NCBI GenBank assembly: GCA_041389045.1
Contig: JAWKSQ010000001.1
Span: forward strand, 75,063-139,062
DNA: 64,000 nucleotides
Direction of reading: 5' to 3'
Source of the DNA: Minisyncoccota bacterium
GTDB lineage: Bacteria; Patescibacteriota; Minisyncoccia; Phycocordibacterales; UBA918
Below are positions 29,258 to 38,829 of this stretch, in pieces; within the stretch, counting starts at the first letter, position 1; each line of letters opens with the position of its first letter. The position numbers were made by a program, and so were the translations under genes. Under the pieces are notes generated by a model. That model worked only from the letters and a program-made list of their open reading frames with translations. It was not told the origin of the DNA and searched no databases.

Positions 29258-31507
29258 ATGTTAGTTCACTCTGGTAAAAAACTCATGAAGGTTACAGCCA
29301 TAACAGCGCTGATGCTCTGTGCCTTGGTGTTTCTGTTCTTTCCAGAAATTAGTAACGCTCAATTAGGAGCGGTTGGTTCCGCAGTTGGTTCCGGTATAGA
29401 GTGGTTACTTTGGACCTTCGTCAATGTCTTTTTTGGTTGGATGGTTTGGGTAGGTGGGGAACTACTAAATGTCGGAGTAAATACTTATGTAATTGGCTTT
29501 GGAGCACAATACGAAAGTACCGGACTTGGTTTTGCTATCGATAGCCTCTGGGTGGTCATACGAGACATTTTTAACCTAACCTTTATCTTTGGGCTAGTCC
29601 TCATTGGACTCAAGATGATCTTCAATGCCGACGATGCTGGAAATAAACGCATGCTAGTGTCACTTATTATGGCCGCTCTTCTGGTGAACTTCAGTCTGTT
29701 TATCACCAAGTTTGTCGTTGATTTCTCAAATATCGCTGCTTACCAATTAGTTGACGCTTTTCCAAAAGTCGGTGGGAAAGCTGACATTTCAGGCAGTTTT
29801 ATGGAGCTTATGGGTCTTACTGGAGCCTTTAACTGGGGTACTTCTGTAGGTGTAGAATTCTCAAAAACGACTGGCTTTACTGGTCTTGGCTATATATTTG
29901 GTACGTTATTACTTTTCCTAATTTCGGCTTTTGTCTTCTTAGGCGGAGGTTTGCTATTAATTATTCGTTTTGCTGTACTCAACCTCTATATGGTACTTTC
30001 CCCGCTGATGTTTCTGGGTTGGGTTTTCCTGCCGCCGCTAGTGTCACATCTGACTACTGGAAAGGTTTTTAAGCCGAGCTTTCTTTGCCCCAGCTTATAT
30101 TTTGATGCTTTACCTCGCCCATACCATTTTGACATCATTTAACTCTACTGGAGCTGCCCGTAAATCCATAAGTTCTATGTTCACTCCCCAGTCTGCCTCT
30201 TCCTTTGAAGCAGTTATTCCACCTTTTATTCTTACCTCAATTTTCCTAATTGCTGCCATCGTCATTGCCCAGAAAATGAGTAGTAATGGCGGAAGCGCTC
30301 TTATAGCGGCTCAAAACGCCATGATGAGTAAGGTTAAAAATGGCGTTACTAATACTTCCAGAAAGATTGCTACCACCAGCGGACGAGCTGCTTCATACTT
30401 TCCGAGACAAGCTGCCAGAACTGGTATAAATAGGGCTGGTAACAGGCTCCTTAAGGGATTTGATAATGTGCAAGCCAAAACTAGATCCAAAGCTTCTGAA
30501 ACAGGGGCTGGTTACTTTACTAAAAAAGCAGCTGGATTTATGTCATTGAATTCGGTAGATCGGGTAGCCGTGGCACCACAAAAGCTCTTAAAGAAACCCA
30601 GCTTGGTACTGGCATGACATATGATACTGAAGCGGCTTACAAAAGTAAGACTGCTGCCAATACTAGAGGTCGAGCTAATGTTATGGAAATGAGTGAACTT
30701 AACGAGCTTAAAGCCCTAACCGACAAACGTAATCTTGGACCACTTAATGCTGATGACTCAGCTCGCTTAGAAAAATTAGAAGAAAGGAGATCTTATCTAG
30801 AAGGAAAAGCAAATGAACTCGTAGCTTCTGTGACAGATTTAAGTACTAAACAAATGGAAGATATGACGGACGAGATGCTTGAGTCTATCGCCGAAAACCT
30901 CACCAACTCTCAGGTCGAGAACTTCATGAAGAGCGATAATGTCAGTGCTGAAACAAAAGGTAAACTTATTAAAGCTCGTCAAGCTGCCATTACAAAGGTT
31001 GTTGGAGCGACAGGTTCTATTATTACAGCGGAACTGGCAAAACGCACGATTGACGAAATTGAAACCATGGGTGACGTGTGGATCCGTGATAATGTACACC
31101 TCTTTACTAAGCCACAGATGGACGAACTAAAGAAGAGTAAGAAGTTTACTGAGGTACAACGAAATTCTTATGCTCAAACACGAAATGATAGACATAAAGA
31201 TGCAGCAGTAGCTAATACTCGCGCTTCTCTTACTGAACTCTTTACTCTTAGAAATAGCGACGGTTCTCGAAAACCGAGAAAGCCCGAAGATATCGCCAAT
31301 TTAGGCAGAGATGTACTTATGAAAGATGCTGCTATCACTATGTTATCGGCTGCGGACTTAGAAGTTATTGCTGACAAAAAGACATTGACTCCAACTGAAC
31401 GAAAGGAAATCTATGAAAAGGTCATGGATGTTACTTACACAGGTGCCAACGCTACGGCACTAAGAGAATACTTCCGTTCACCACAAGGATCACGAAATTG
31501 GGGTTAA
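29258..31507 (+). CDS. VirB6/TrbL-like polytopic membrane protein with long hydrophilic C-terminal tail (frame-disrupted)
   Basis: ORFs 29258-30142, 30102-30617 and 30614-31507 are involved. It has a signal peptide and at least 6 TM helices. The protein sequence continues sensibly (..GWVFPAAASVTSDYWKGFLSRAFFAPAYILMLY..) if 1 nt is added in T-runs 30024-30027 and 30066-30070. The third junction is an ATGA overlap and may be genuine. Confidence 0.5.
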
Positions 31508-31520
31508 GAAAAATTAATTT

Positions 31521-31970
31521 ATGGAAATAACTGACACAGAAAGAGATAGTCGTTACGAAAACGCTACACCAACCCAAAAACAGCTTTACTCTAGCTCCGA
31601 AGCTGGAGCTAGCTTGTCTGCCATAGCTCAAAAATATGACTTATCCAGTGCTGATATCTATAGAAAATTCGCTATTACCGTTGGTGACTTTATTTTAGGT
31701 TTTTATCGATCGGAAGATTTCGCACTAGTCTTGGAACAAAACGTTGGTCTAAGTACTCAAATGTCAGCCCTGGTAGCCGTAGATGTTAAAGAATTCCTTT
31801 CTCCACTTATTACCGCAACCACTGACAATGTCCCATTACCCAATTCAGTAACTAGTGGAATAGCGCAACCACAACAAGAAAATGTTTACACCAGTACTCA
31901 AGCAGCAATCTTGACCGAAAAGCCGACTGGCAACTTCTCTGCGGGAGCAAAGTGGGAGAGTGAAAATTAA
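31521..31970 (+). CDS. hypothetical protein (T4SS-like operon)
   Basis: 149-aa ORF in the operon with no recognisable family. Confidence 0.4.
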   Translation: MEITDTERDSRYENATPTQKQLYSSSEAGASLSAIAQKYDLSSADIYRKFAITVGDFILGFYRSEDFALVLEQNVGLSTQMSALVAVDVKEFLSPLITATTDNVPLPNSVTSGIAQPQQENVYTSTQAAILTEKPTGNFSAGAKWESEN

Positions 31971-32019
31971 TCCTGTGTGGATAGTCACCACACTCTAAGC
32001 CACCAAGTTTAACTGGGGC

Positions 32020-32448
32020 GTGTATAATACTTATATGCGTTTTGAAGTCCCACAGTTCATTGAGATTGAGGATAAAATATTTGGCCCGCTGACTTGGCGA
32101 CAATTTCTTTATGTTGGGGGAGGGGTGGGCATGGGCGTAGTACTCTTTATTACCACCCCGTTTATTGTATTTCTCTTGATTGGTTTACCACTTTCTTTGC
32201 TAGCTGGTGCCCTGGCTTTTTATCCGGTTAACAATCGTCCTTTTTCTTTCTTCCTCGAGGCGATTGTAAATTACTTGCGGGGGACCAAACTTTATCTTTG
32301 GAAAAGAAAAGACGCCCCCGTTCACAAGCACAGCTTTGCCCCTAGCCAGAGTGGCCTCTCTGACTTAACTCCGACCGCCCCCAAACGAGTCACTACCACC
32401 TCGCTCGCTCGCCGACTTGAACTAGAAGCCCTTCAAAAAAAAGAATAA
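32020..32448 (+). CDS. PrgI-like small membrane protein
   Basis: MRFEVPQFIEIEDKIFGPLTWRQFLYVGGG followed by two TM helices matches the PrgI-family N-terminus found in Gram-positive-type T4SS loci (from recall). The likely start is the Met at 32035. Confidence 0.6.
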   Translation: MYNTYMRFEVPQFIEIEDKIFGPLTWRQFLYVGGGVGMGVVLFITTPFIVFLLIGLPLSLLAGALAFYPVNNRPFSFFLEAIVNYLRGTKLYLWKRKDAPVHKHSFAPSQSGLSDLTPTAPKRVTTTSLARRLELEALQKKE

Positions 32449-32449
32449 T

Positions 32450-33088
32450 ATGCCAAAAGTTACCGCTGCTACACAAGATTTCGTTACACTTAAAGACATC
32501 AAAGATGGGGTGGTTTTGCTTAAGAGCGGACAAATGTGTTCGGTCCTCCTAGCTTCTTCTATCAACTTCGCTCTTAAGTCATACGACGAACAACAAGCCA
32601 TCCTGCACCAGTTCCAAACCTTTCTAAACTCACTAGATTTTTCTTTGCAAGTTTATGTCCAATCAAGGAGACTAAATATTGAACCATACCTTGAAGTACT
32701 GGAGACCAGAGTGGAATCACAAGACAATGACCTTATGCGCATTCAGCTCCGCGAATACATTGAGTACATTAGACGTTTTACGACCGAAAACGCGGTCATG
32801 AGTAAAAACTTCTTTGTTGTCATTCCTTACTCGCCAGCTCCGATCAATCTCACTAAAGGGATTACTTCAATGTTTTCTGGTCGCCAAGTACAAAGTAATC
32901 TCTCGACCGAAAAACAATTCGAAGAACACCGAACTCAACTAGAACAGAGAGTGGCGCTAGTTGAAAGCGGATTAAACGGGGTAGGGGTAAGAACGGTCCC
33001 ATTACAAAATGATGACCTGGTAGAATTGTTTTATCATATTTATAATCCCACTGATCCAACCGGTGCACCACCAACCTTAAATAATTAG
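32450..33088 (+). CDS. VirB4 N-terminal-domain-like protein (separate ORF)
   Basis: 212-aa ORF. DIKDGVVLLKSGQMCSVLLASSINFALKSYDEQQAILHQFQTFLNSLDF resembles the N-terminal domain of Gram-positive VirB4 ATPases such as Tn916 Orf16 (from recall). Confidence 0.5.
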   Translation: MPKVTAATQDFVTLKDIKDGVVLLKSGQMCSVLLASSINFALKSYDEQQAILHQFQTFLNSLDFSLQVYVQSRRLNIEPYLEVLETRVESQDNDLMRIQLREYIEYIRRFTTENAVMSKNFFVVIPYSPAPINLTKGITSMFSGRQVQSNLSTEKQFEEHRTQLEQRVALVESGLNGVGVRTVPLQNDDLVELFYHIYNPTDPTGAPPTLNN

Positions 33089-33089
33089 T

Positions 33090-34880
33090 ATGGGCTTTCT
33101 CGATTTCTTACAACCACCAGAAAAAAAAGACACCAACATCAGTGATCAACTGATGACTTTGGTCGACGTTGTAGCACCAGCTGCTGTTAACATCGCTCCG
33201 CGAAATCTAAACCTAAGTGGCCTGAGCGCCCGTGTACTATACGTAGTAGCCTACCCTCGTTACCTAACTGAAGGTTGGCTCGAACCAGTTCTTAATATAG
33301 AACAAGAGCTTGACGTAGCCATTTATATTCACCCCATCGACACAGCTGACACTCTAAAAAAGTTCCAGAAAAAAGTGGCTGAGGTGCAAAGCCAAATCAG
33401 TGTGAAAGCCGAGCGGGGCGAAGTCCGTGACCCACAACTAGAGGCGGCCTATCGTAACCTTGAAGACCTGCGTGACAAACTCATGCAAGCTGAAGAAAAG
33501 CTTTTTAACGTTGGTCTTTACTTAACCATTTATGGCAAGAATGAAGCCGAACTAGACAAAGCCGAAAACACCATCAAGGGCATGCTCGACGCTAAGCAGA
33601 TCTATCTTAAGCCAGCCCTCTTCCAACAGGAACCGGGCATAAAAAGTATTTTTCCCACCGCTTCCGATGAACTTTTGGTACACAATAAATTTAATTCTGA
33701 ACCGCTCTCTAGCTTCTTTCCCTTCACTTCTTTCGACCTCACTTCAGACACCGGTATTCTCTACGGTCTGAATCGTCACAATTCCTCATTGGTACTTTTT
33801 GATCGATTCTCTCTTACCAACTACAACTCAGTTACTTTTGCTACCTCTGGCGCCGGGAAGTCATACGCTCTGAAGCTTGAAATTTTGCGTTCACTGATGT
33901 TCGGTACGGAAGTGATTGTCCTTGACCCAGAACGAGAATACGAATATTTAGCCGAAGCTACTGGCGGACGATTCTTCAACATTTCACTTTCTTCTGACCA
34001 CCACATCAATCCTTTTGACCTCCCGGCTCCCCAAGCAGACGAAAACCCACGAGACGTACTTCGGTCTCATATCATTGAGCTAATCGGACTCTTTAGATTG
34101 ATGCTTGGTGGCCTGACTCCAGAGGAAGATACTATTCTCGACTTAGCCATTCAGGAAACCTACGCCCTTAAAGACATTACTGGTGACGCAGATTTTACTA
34201 ACCAAGAACCGCCCCTCTTAAGTGACTTCGAAATGGTCTTGGCTGGGATGGATGGTAGTAGCTCACTCATTACTAGACTACAGAAGTATACTTCTGGAAC
34301 TTGGTCTGGTTTTATGAATAAAGCTACCAATGTCGACATCAACCAAAAGTTCGTCGTATTTTCACTACGCGATATGGAAGACGAACTGAAGACCATCGCG
34401 ATGTATATCATCACCAACTTCATCTGGAGCGCGGTGCGTAGACGCCTAACTAAGCGACTTTTAGTGATTGACGAAGCCTGGTGGATGATGAAATCTGAAG
34501 ATACTGCTTCTTTCTTATTTAGTATGGCCAAACGGGGACGTAAGTACTACCTTGGTATCGCCACCATTACTCAGGACGTGGACGATTTCCTCCGCTCACC
34601 TTACGGCGTACCAATGATCACCAACTCATCCATCCAGTTCTTGATGAAACAATCGCCGACCGCTATCGACAACATTCAAAAAACTTTCAACCTGACTGAC
34701 GAAGAGAAGTTTCTCTTACTAGAGTCTGGAGTAGGGCAGGGTATATTCTTCGTTGGTCTTAAACATGTAGCCATTAGGGTTATCGCTTCTTACACCGAAG
34801 ACCAAATCATCACTTCCGACCCATCTCAACTTTTACAAATCCAGCGCTCGAGAGAAGAGCTTAGAGCCGCCAGAGCGTAG
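33090..34880 (+). CDS. VirB4/TrbE-type T4SS ATPase
   Basis: 596-aa ORF with Walker A TSGAGKSYALK and Walker B LLVIDEAWWMM. It has the typical YPRYLTEGWL segment and a C-terminal QGIFFVG. Confidence 0.85.
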   Translation: MGFLDFLQPPEKKDTNISDQLMTLVDVVAPAAVNIAPRNLNLSGLSARVLYVVAYPRYLTEGWLEPVLNIEQELDVAIYIHPIDTADTLKKFQKKVAEVQSQISVKAERGEVRDPQLEAAYRNLEDLRDKLMQAEEKLFNVGLYLTIYGKNEAELDKAENTIKGMLDAKQIYLKPALFQQEPGIKSIFPTASDELLVHNKFNSEPLSSFFPFTSFDLTSDTGILYGLNRHNSSLVLFDRFSLTNYNSVTFATSGAGKSYALKLEILRSLMFGTEVIVLDPEREYEYLAEATGGRFFNISLSSDHHINPFDLPAPQADENPRDVLRSHIIELIGLFRLMLGGLTPEEDTILDLAIQETYALKDITGDADFTNQEPPLLSDFEMVLAGMDGSSSLITRLQKYTSGTWSGFMNKATNVDINQKFVVFSLRDMEDELKTIAMYIITNFIWSAVRRRLTKRLLVIDEAWWMMKSEDTASFLFSMAKRGRKYYLGIATITQDVDDFLRSPYGVPMITNSSIQFLMKQSPTAIDNIQKTFNLTDEEKFLLLESGVGQGIFFVGLKHVAIRVIASYTEDQIITSDPSQLLQIQRSREELRAARA

Positions 34881-34897
34881 TATACTTGGGTATACCT

Positions 34898-35743
34898 ATG
34901 GCCCTACCGCAAAGAAAAAACGAACCTCAAGTTAACCAACCTAACCCTGGCCAAGTTAGGAGTGTCAAAAAGGTTTTTGGTTATGGCGGAGAAAATCTCG
35001 GGACTGGACGAACTGCCAGTAATGACGACTCACATTACTCATCACTACGTCCAACTGTAGACAGTACTTTCGCCGAGTCTGGCTATGGCCGCTCCGACAT
35101 GATGATGCAACCGACCGGACTTGGGGGACAAACAAAAGAAAAAAAGGGGGCTAATCAACCAGAAGAAGAACGAATCTCTGAAGAAGAGGAGACTAGGGCT
35201 TTTCACCGCCAAAACACTAGACGTATCCTTGGTAAACAAAAGCTTCCCACCTCATTATCGAGCGCAAAAAACCTAGTGGCCAAAACTCGAGTCACCACCA
35301 TAAATTCGGCAGCTGTTTCTTGGCAAGGACCGCTGTGGCTGACTTTCCAAGTGCCAATGGCAATTTTTAATATTATTACTTTGGCTATGTTCGGGGTAGT
35401 TGATTCTTTAGCAACCGATAATAACAACCCTTTCACATGGGCTGTTGGTAAACTGACCAGTGCGGCTAACAGCCTTGTCAGTATGGCAGGATTTAGTTTG
35501 GCTGATTTTGCTACCGGTATATTCTTCATAACAACTATCGCCATTTTAGCCTTTGGTATTGCTTCCATTTTCTTTCTTTACCTGCAATACACCATGGCTG
35601 GTTTAAAACCTTTATCTGGCACCCATGCTGGACTAAAACTGGGAATGTTACTTTTAGTCATTCTTGGTTACAGCATTCCGATAGCTAACATGCTTCCTTT
35701 CGTTTTTCTTTGGATGGCTGTAGTTTGGTTTTACCCTAAATAA
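34898..35743 (+). CDS. membrane protein with disordered N-terminus (T4SS-like operon)
   Basis: The ATG at 34898 lies within the ORF that starts at 34886. The hydrophilic N-terminal half is followed by about 4 TM helices. Confidence 0.45.
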   Translation: MALPQRKNEPQVNQPNPGQVRSVKKVFGYGGENLGTGRTASNDDSHYSSLRPTVDSTFAESGYGRSDMMMQPTGLGGQTKEKKGANQPEEERISEEEETRAFHRQNTRRILGKQKLPTSLSSAKNLVAKTRVTTINSAAVSWQGPLWLTFQVPMAIFNIITLAMFGVVDSLATDNNNPFTWAVGKLTSAANSLVSMAGFSLADFATGIFFITTIAILAFGIASIFFLYLQYTMAGLKPLSGTHAGLKLGMLLLVILGYSIPIANMLPFVFLWMAVVWFYPK

Positions 35744-35797
35744 GTCAGTGAATAGCCCTAAATTCACTGAAAATATTTGTTACTATATAGCTATAGT

Positions 35798-36757
35798 ATG
35801 AAATATCTCTTATTACTTTCGCTCTTGCTTTTAGTGCCTGGCGGGACATCCCTAGCCCAAACTGGACTTAGCGTTGGTGGAGAGTCTTTATCGATCGTTC
35901 TGGATCCACTCTTTCCAACCCCTGAAAGCAAGTTCACCGCTACCGCCGATGATTACGCCCTACCTTCTCAAGGGAACTCTATTCGCTGGTATGTTGATGG
36001 AAAGTTACTTACTGAGTCTGCCAATAAGCGTGAGATTACTCTCACCGCTAAAAAAGTTGGTGTCCCCACTACTATTGAGTTAGTAGTGGGTTTAAACGGT
36101 GGTGCTAGCGCGAGTGTTAAAAAAGTAGTTAATCCAGCCTATCTCGACCTCATTATTGAACCGCAAACCAGAATCCCTTCCTTCTATAAAGGACGAGCCT
36201 TGCCGAGTGTTGGTAGCTTAACTAACGTGACCGCCATTATTAATGCCGGTGAAGTTACCCCAGCCAACCTCATGTATAACTGGCGCCTAAATGGTAAGGC
36301 TCTAGAAAATGGCTCAGTCCGAGGCCGGAACAACATCACCTTTGCAATGCCTCAAGGCCCATACGCCACCCTTAGTCTAGAAGTTACCACTCTAAGTGGG
36401 GAAGTGATTGCCAGACGGATTTTTGATATTCAGAGTCTTACTCCGACTTTGTCTTTTTATGAGATGAGTACCCTTTATGGCTTGCGAGAAAAATCAGTCG
36501 GTGGTGGTTTGTCTCTAATTGGTAATAGTGTGACCGTCAAAGCCGAACCATATTATTTAGACTTGCGCACCTACAACTATCCCGACCTAACGGAGTGGCG
36601 CATTAATGGCCTTTTGAATGACAATAACAGCAATAATCCCTATGAAATAACCTTAGCTAATGGAGGTGGAGGAGGAATTGGTAGTGCTGACTTCCACGTA
36701 CGCGACACCACCCAACTATTACAAGGCGCCCGGGCTAACTTTCAAATAAACTTTTAA
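35798..36757 (+). CDS. secreted protein, unknown function (T4SS-like operon)
   Basis: Signal peptide MKYLLLLSLLLLVPGGTSLAQ from the ATG at 35798. The sequence is beta-rich. Confidence 0.45.
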   Translation: MKYLLLLSLLLLVPGGTSLAQTGLSVGGESLSIVLDPLFPTPESKFTATADDYALPSQGNSIRWYVDGKLLTESANKREITLTAKKVGVPTTIELVVGLNGGASASVKKVVNPAYLDLIIEPQTRIPSFYKGRALPSVGSLTNVTAIINAGEVTPANLMYNWRLNGKALENGSVRGRNNITFAMPQGPYATLSLEVTTLSGEVIARRIFDIQSLTPTLSFYEMSTLYGLREKSVGGGLSLIGNSVTVKAEPYYLDLRTYNYPDLTEWRINGLLNDNNSNNPYEITLANGGGGGIGSADFHVRDTTQLLQGARANFQINF

Positions 36758-36760
36758 AGT

Positions 36761-37944
36761 ATGAAACAAAAAACCCTTATCATCATCGGTGTCGTCATTG
36801 TTTTCATACTTTTGTTTGCTTGGATTTATTTACTATTCTTCGGTACCCCACAAGATCCCAAACAAGTTTTTAGTGATTTAGGCTTTGGTGGGGAAGAAGA
36901 AACTGGTATCGTGATTCCTCCACCGATTGAAGAACCCTTACCAGAGACTCCGGCCGAAAGACCGAAACTGAGACAACTAACGACCAGACCCGTTGTAGGC
37001 TTTGTCGAAGTACAAGCCACCACCACTGATCCGGTCACGGTCTACTACGCCGAAGCTGGTACCGGACACATTTATGAAGTAGACCCTTTATCTGGTAATG
37101 AAAAACGTATTTCCAATACCACTATCGCTGAAGCTAGTTACGCTACTTTTTCACCTCTAGGCGACTACGTAGCCGTCCGCAGTGGACATGATCGCAGAGC
37201 CAATTCTATTACCCTTGGCACACTTAATAAAACTGATGGTAGTCTCGACACTGAACCCTAAGTGAAAGAATCGAAGATTTGAAAATAGTAAACGATACCC
37301 AGTTACTTTTCACCACGAGAGAAACATCTGGTCTAACTGGCTATGTCTACAATCTCAAGACCAAGGCTAAGTCCAATATCTTTACTCTACCTTTTTACGA
37401 GGCCAACATAGGCTGGGGAGACAGTAGTACTAGTACGCATACAGCTTATCCAAAACCAACCTATGCTCTGGAAGGATTTTTATATGAAATAAAAAGCGGA
37501 AAAATGAAACGACTACCACTGGAAGGTTTCGGCTTTTCAGCTACGGCTAATGCAGACATGGTGCTCTACAACAAGATTTCGGGGGATAGTACTGTTAGCT
37601 ATGTCTATGAACGGGCACAAGATGAAAGTCGAGCACTGGACGCCGTCGTTGTGCCAGAGAAATGTCACTTACCCAAAACTGGACTCCAGTTTGTTTGTGG
37701 CTTTGAAGCGACCGTCATCCCTTACGAATTCCCGGACACCTGGTATCGTGGCAATATGAGCTTTAAAGACTCTATTTGGCTTCTCGACGTCGATAGCATG
37801 ACGGGAGAAGATGTAGTTAATACCTTTACCGAAAGTGGCCGCGAAATAGATATGACAAATTTAAATTACTATCCTGACCATACCAGCAATTCACTTTACT
37901 TTACAAACAAAAACGATAATACTCTTTGGTTATATGAATTCTAA
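36761..37944 (+). CDS. membrane-anchored beta-propeller-like (TolB/PD40-like) protein, frame-disrupted once
   Basis: ORFs 36761-37261 and 37279-37944 join as ..SLDTEP-LSERIEDLKIVNDTQ.. if one C is added to the C-run 37256-37258. The N-terminal TM and segments such as GTGHIYEVDPLSGNEKRIS suggest PD40-like repeats. Confidence 0.45.
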
Positions 37945-38747
37945 ATCCACATTCCTGTTTACCTTAGTCGTTACGTTTCTGTTACCGACAGCTTTAGTAC
38001 TGGCCGCCACCCCAGTCAAAACCCTTGTCGGTATTCCTGGTATTACTGATACTGATCTGAGCTTTGGTAATTACATCAATGCCCTGTATGGCCTCTCCAT
38101 TAGTATTGCGGCCTTGCTCGCTGTCATCAAGATTATTATTGCTGGCATGAAGTACATGCTGTCTGACATCGTCACCAGTAAAGCTGACGCTATTAAAGAT
38201 ATTCGGGGCGCTTTACTCGGTTTACTTATCGTCATCTCCGCTGTTTTGGTGCTAAACATTATTAACCCTCAACTAACCCAAACGAATGTTTTCCAGGATA
38301 TTAAAAAGATAAATGCTACCCCTAGTTCGCTAGTAGGAAGTGGCAATGTAAGTGGAGGCCCGTTACCAACCCAATCAACTCCTTTAGCTGGTATCCCAGG
38401 AGCTGGTGAAAAAATTATTTGTAGTAACGCTACTTGTCAAACAGAAATGAGAGCTTGCAAAGATAGGGGGAAAGGTAGATCAACCTCCTCTTCGTGTAGC
38501 TGGTAAAACTGACACCTTCAACTGTCTTTACGGAGAAGTAGTTTCCAAGCCAACATGCGTAAAGATGGGCCGCTAATGTATCTGAATTCGGAGGCGAAAC
38601 AACGTACGATAATGTAGATTGTTCCAAAACAGTGCAAAATGTCCTGCTGGTACAACCTATTATCCTCCAGCCGCTGGAGAGCTCGTGGCACAGTGTTACA
38701 AGGCCTTTCCCAAACCTTCTACGAGTCAAAGCACAACGGCTCAGTAA
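37934..38747 (+). CDS. T4SS pilin-like (VirB2/TrbC-type) protein with Cys-rich C-terminal extension, frame-disrupted
   Basis: It has a signal peptide plus two hydrophobic helices flanking IIIAGMKYMLSD...AIKDIRGALLGLLIV. After the annotated stop at 38506 the reading frame can be followed through three shifts (G-run 38466-38470, ggcc 38568-38571, A-run 38636-38639). It reaches a TAA at 38745-38747, directly in front of a strong terminator. Confidence 0.5.
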
Positions 38748-38786
38748 AATAGAACCCCAAGACGTTAGTCTTGGGGTTCTATTTTT
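38748..38786 (+). terminator. rho-independent terminator ending the T4SS-like operon
   Basis: aatagaaccccaagac-gtta-gtcttggggttctattttt. Confidence 0.8.
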
Positions 38787-38829
38787 AACACTATATGCAC
38801 ACTAATTAACTAGTTGTTCGTGTCTAAAC

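Noticed and set aside
33086-33092. The junction between the two VirB4 ORFs as another homopolymer frameshift.
   Set aside because: There is an in-frame TAG, one spacer nucleotide, then an ATG. Stops occur in the downstream frame immediately upstream, and no mononucleotide run lies at the junction. This looks like a real two-gene arrangement.
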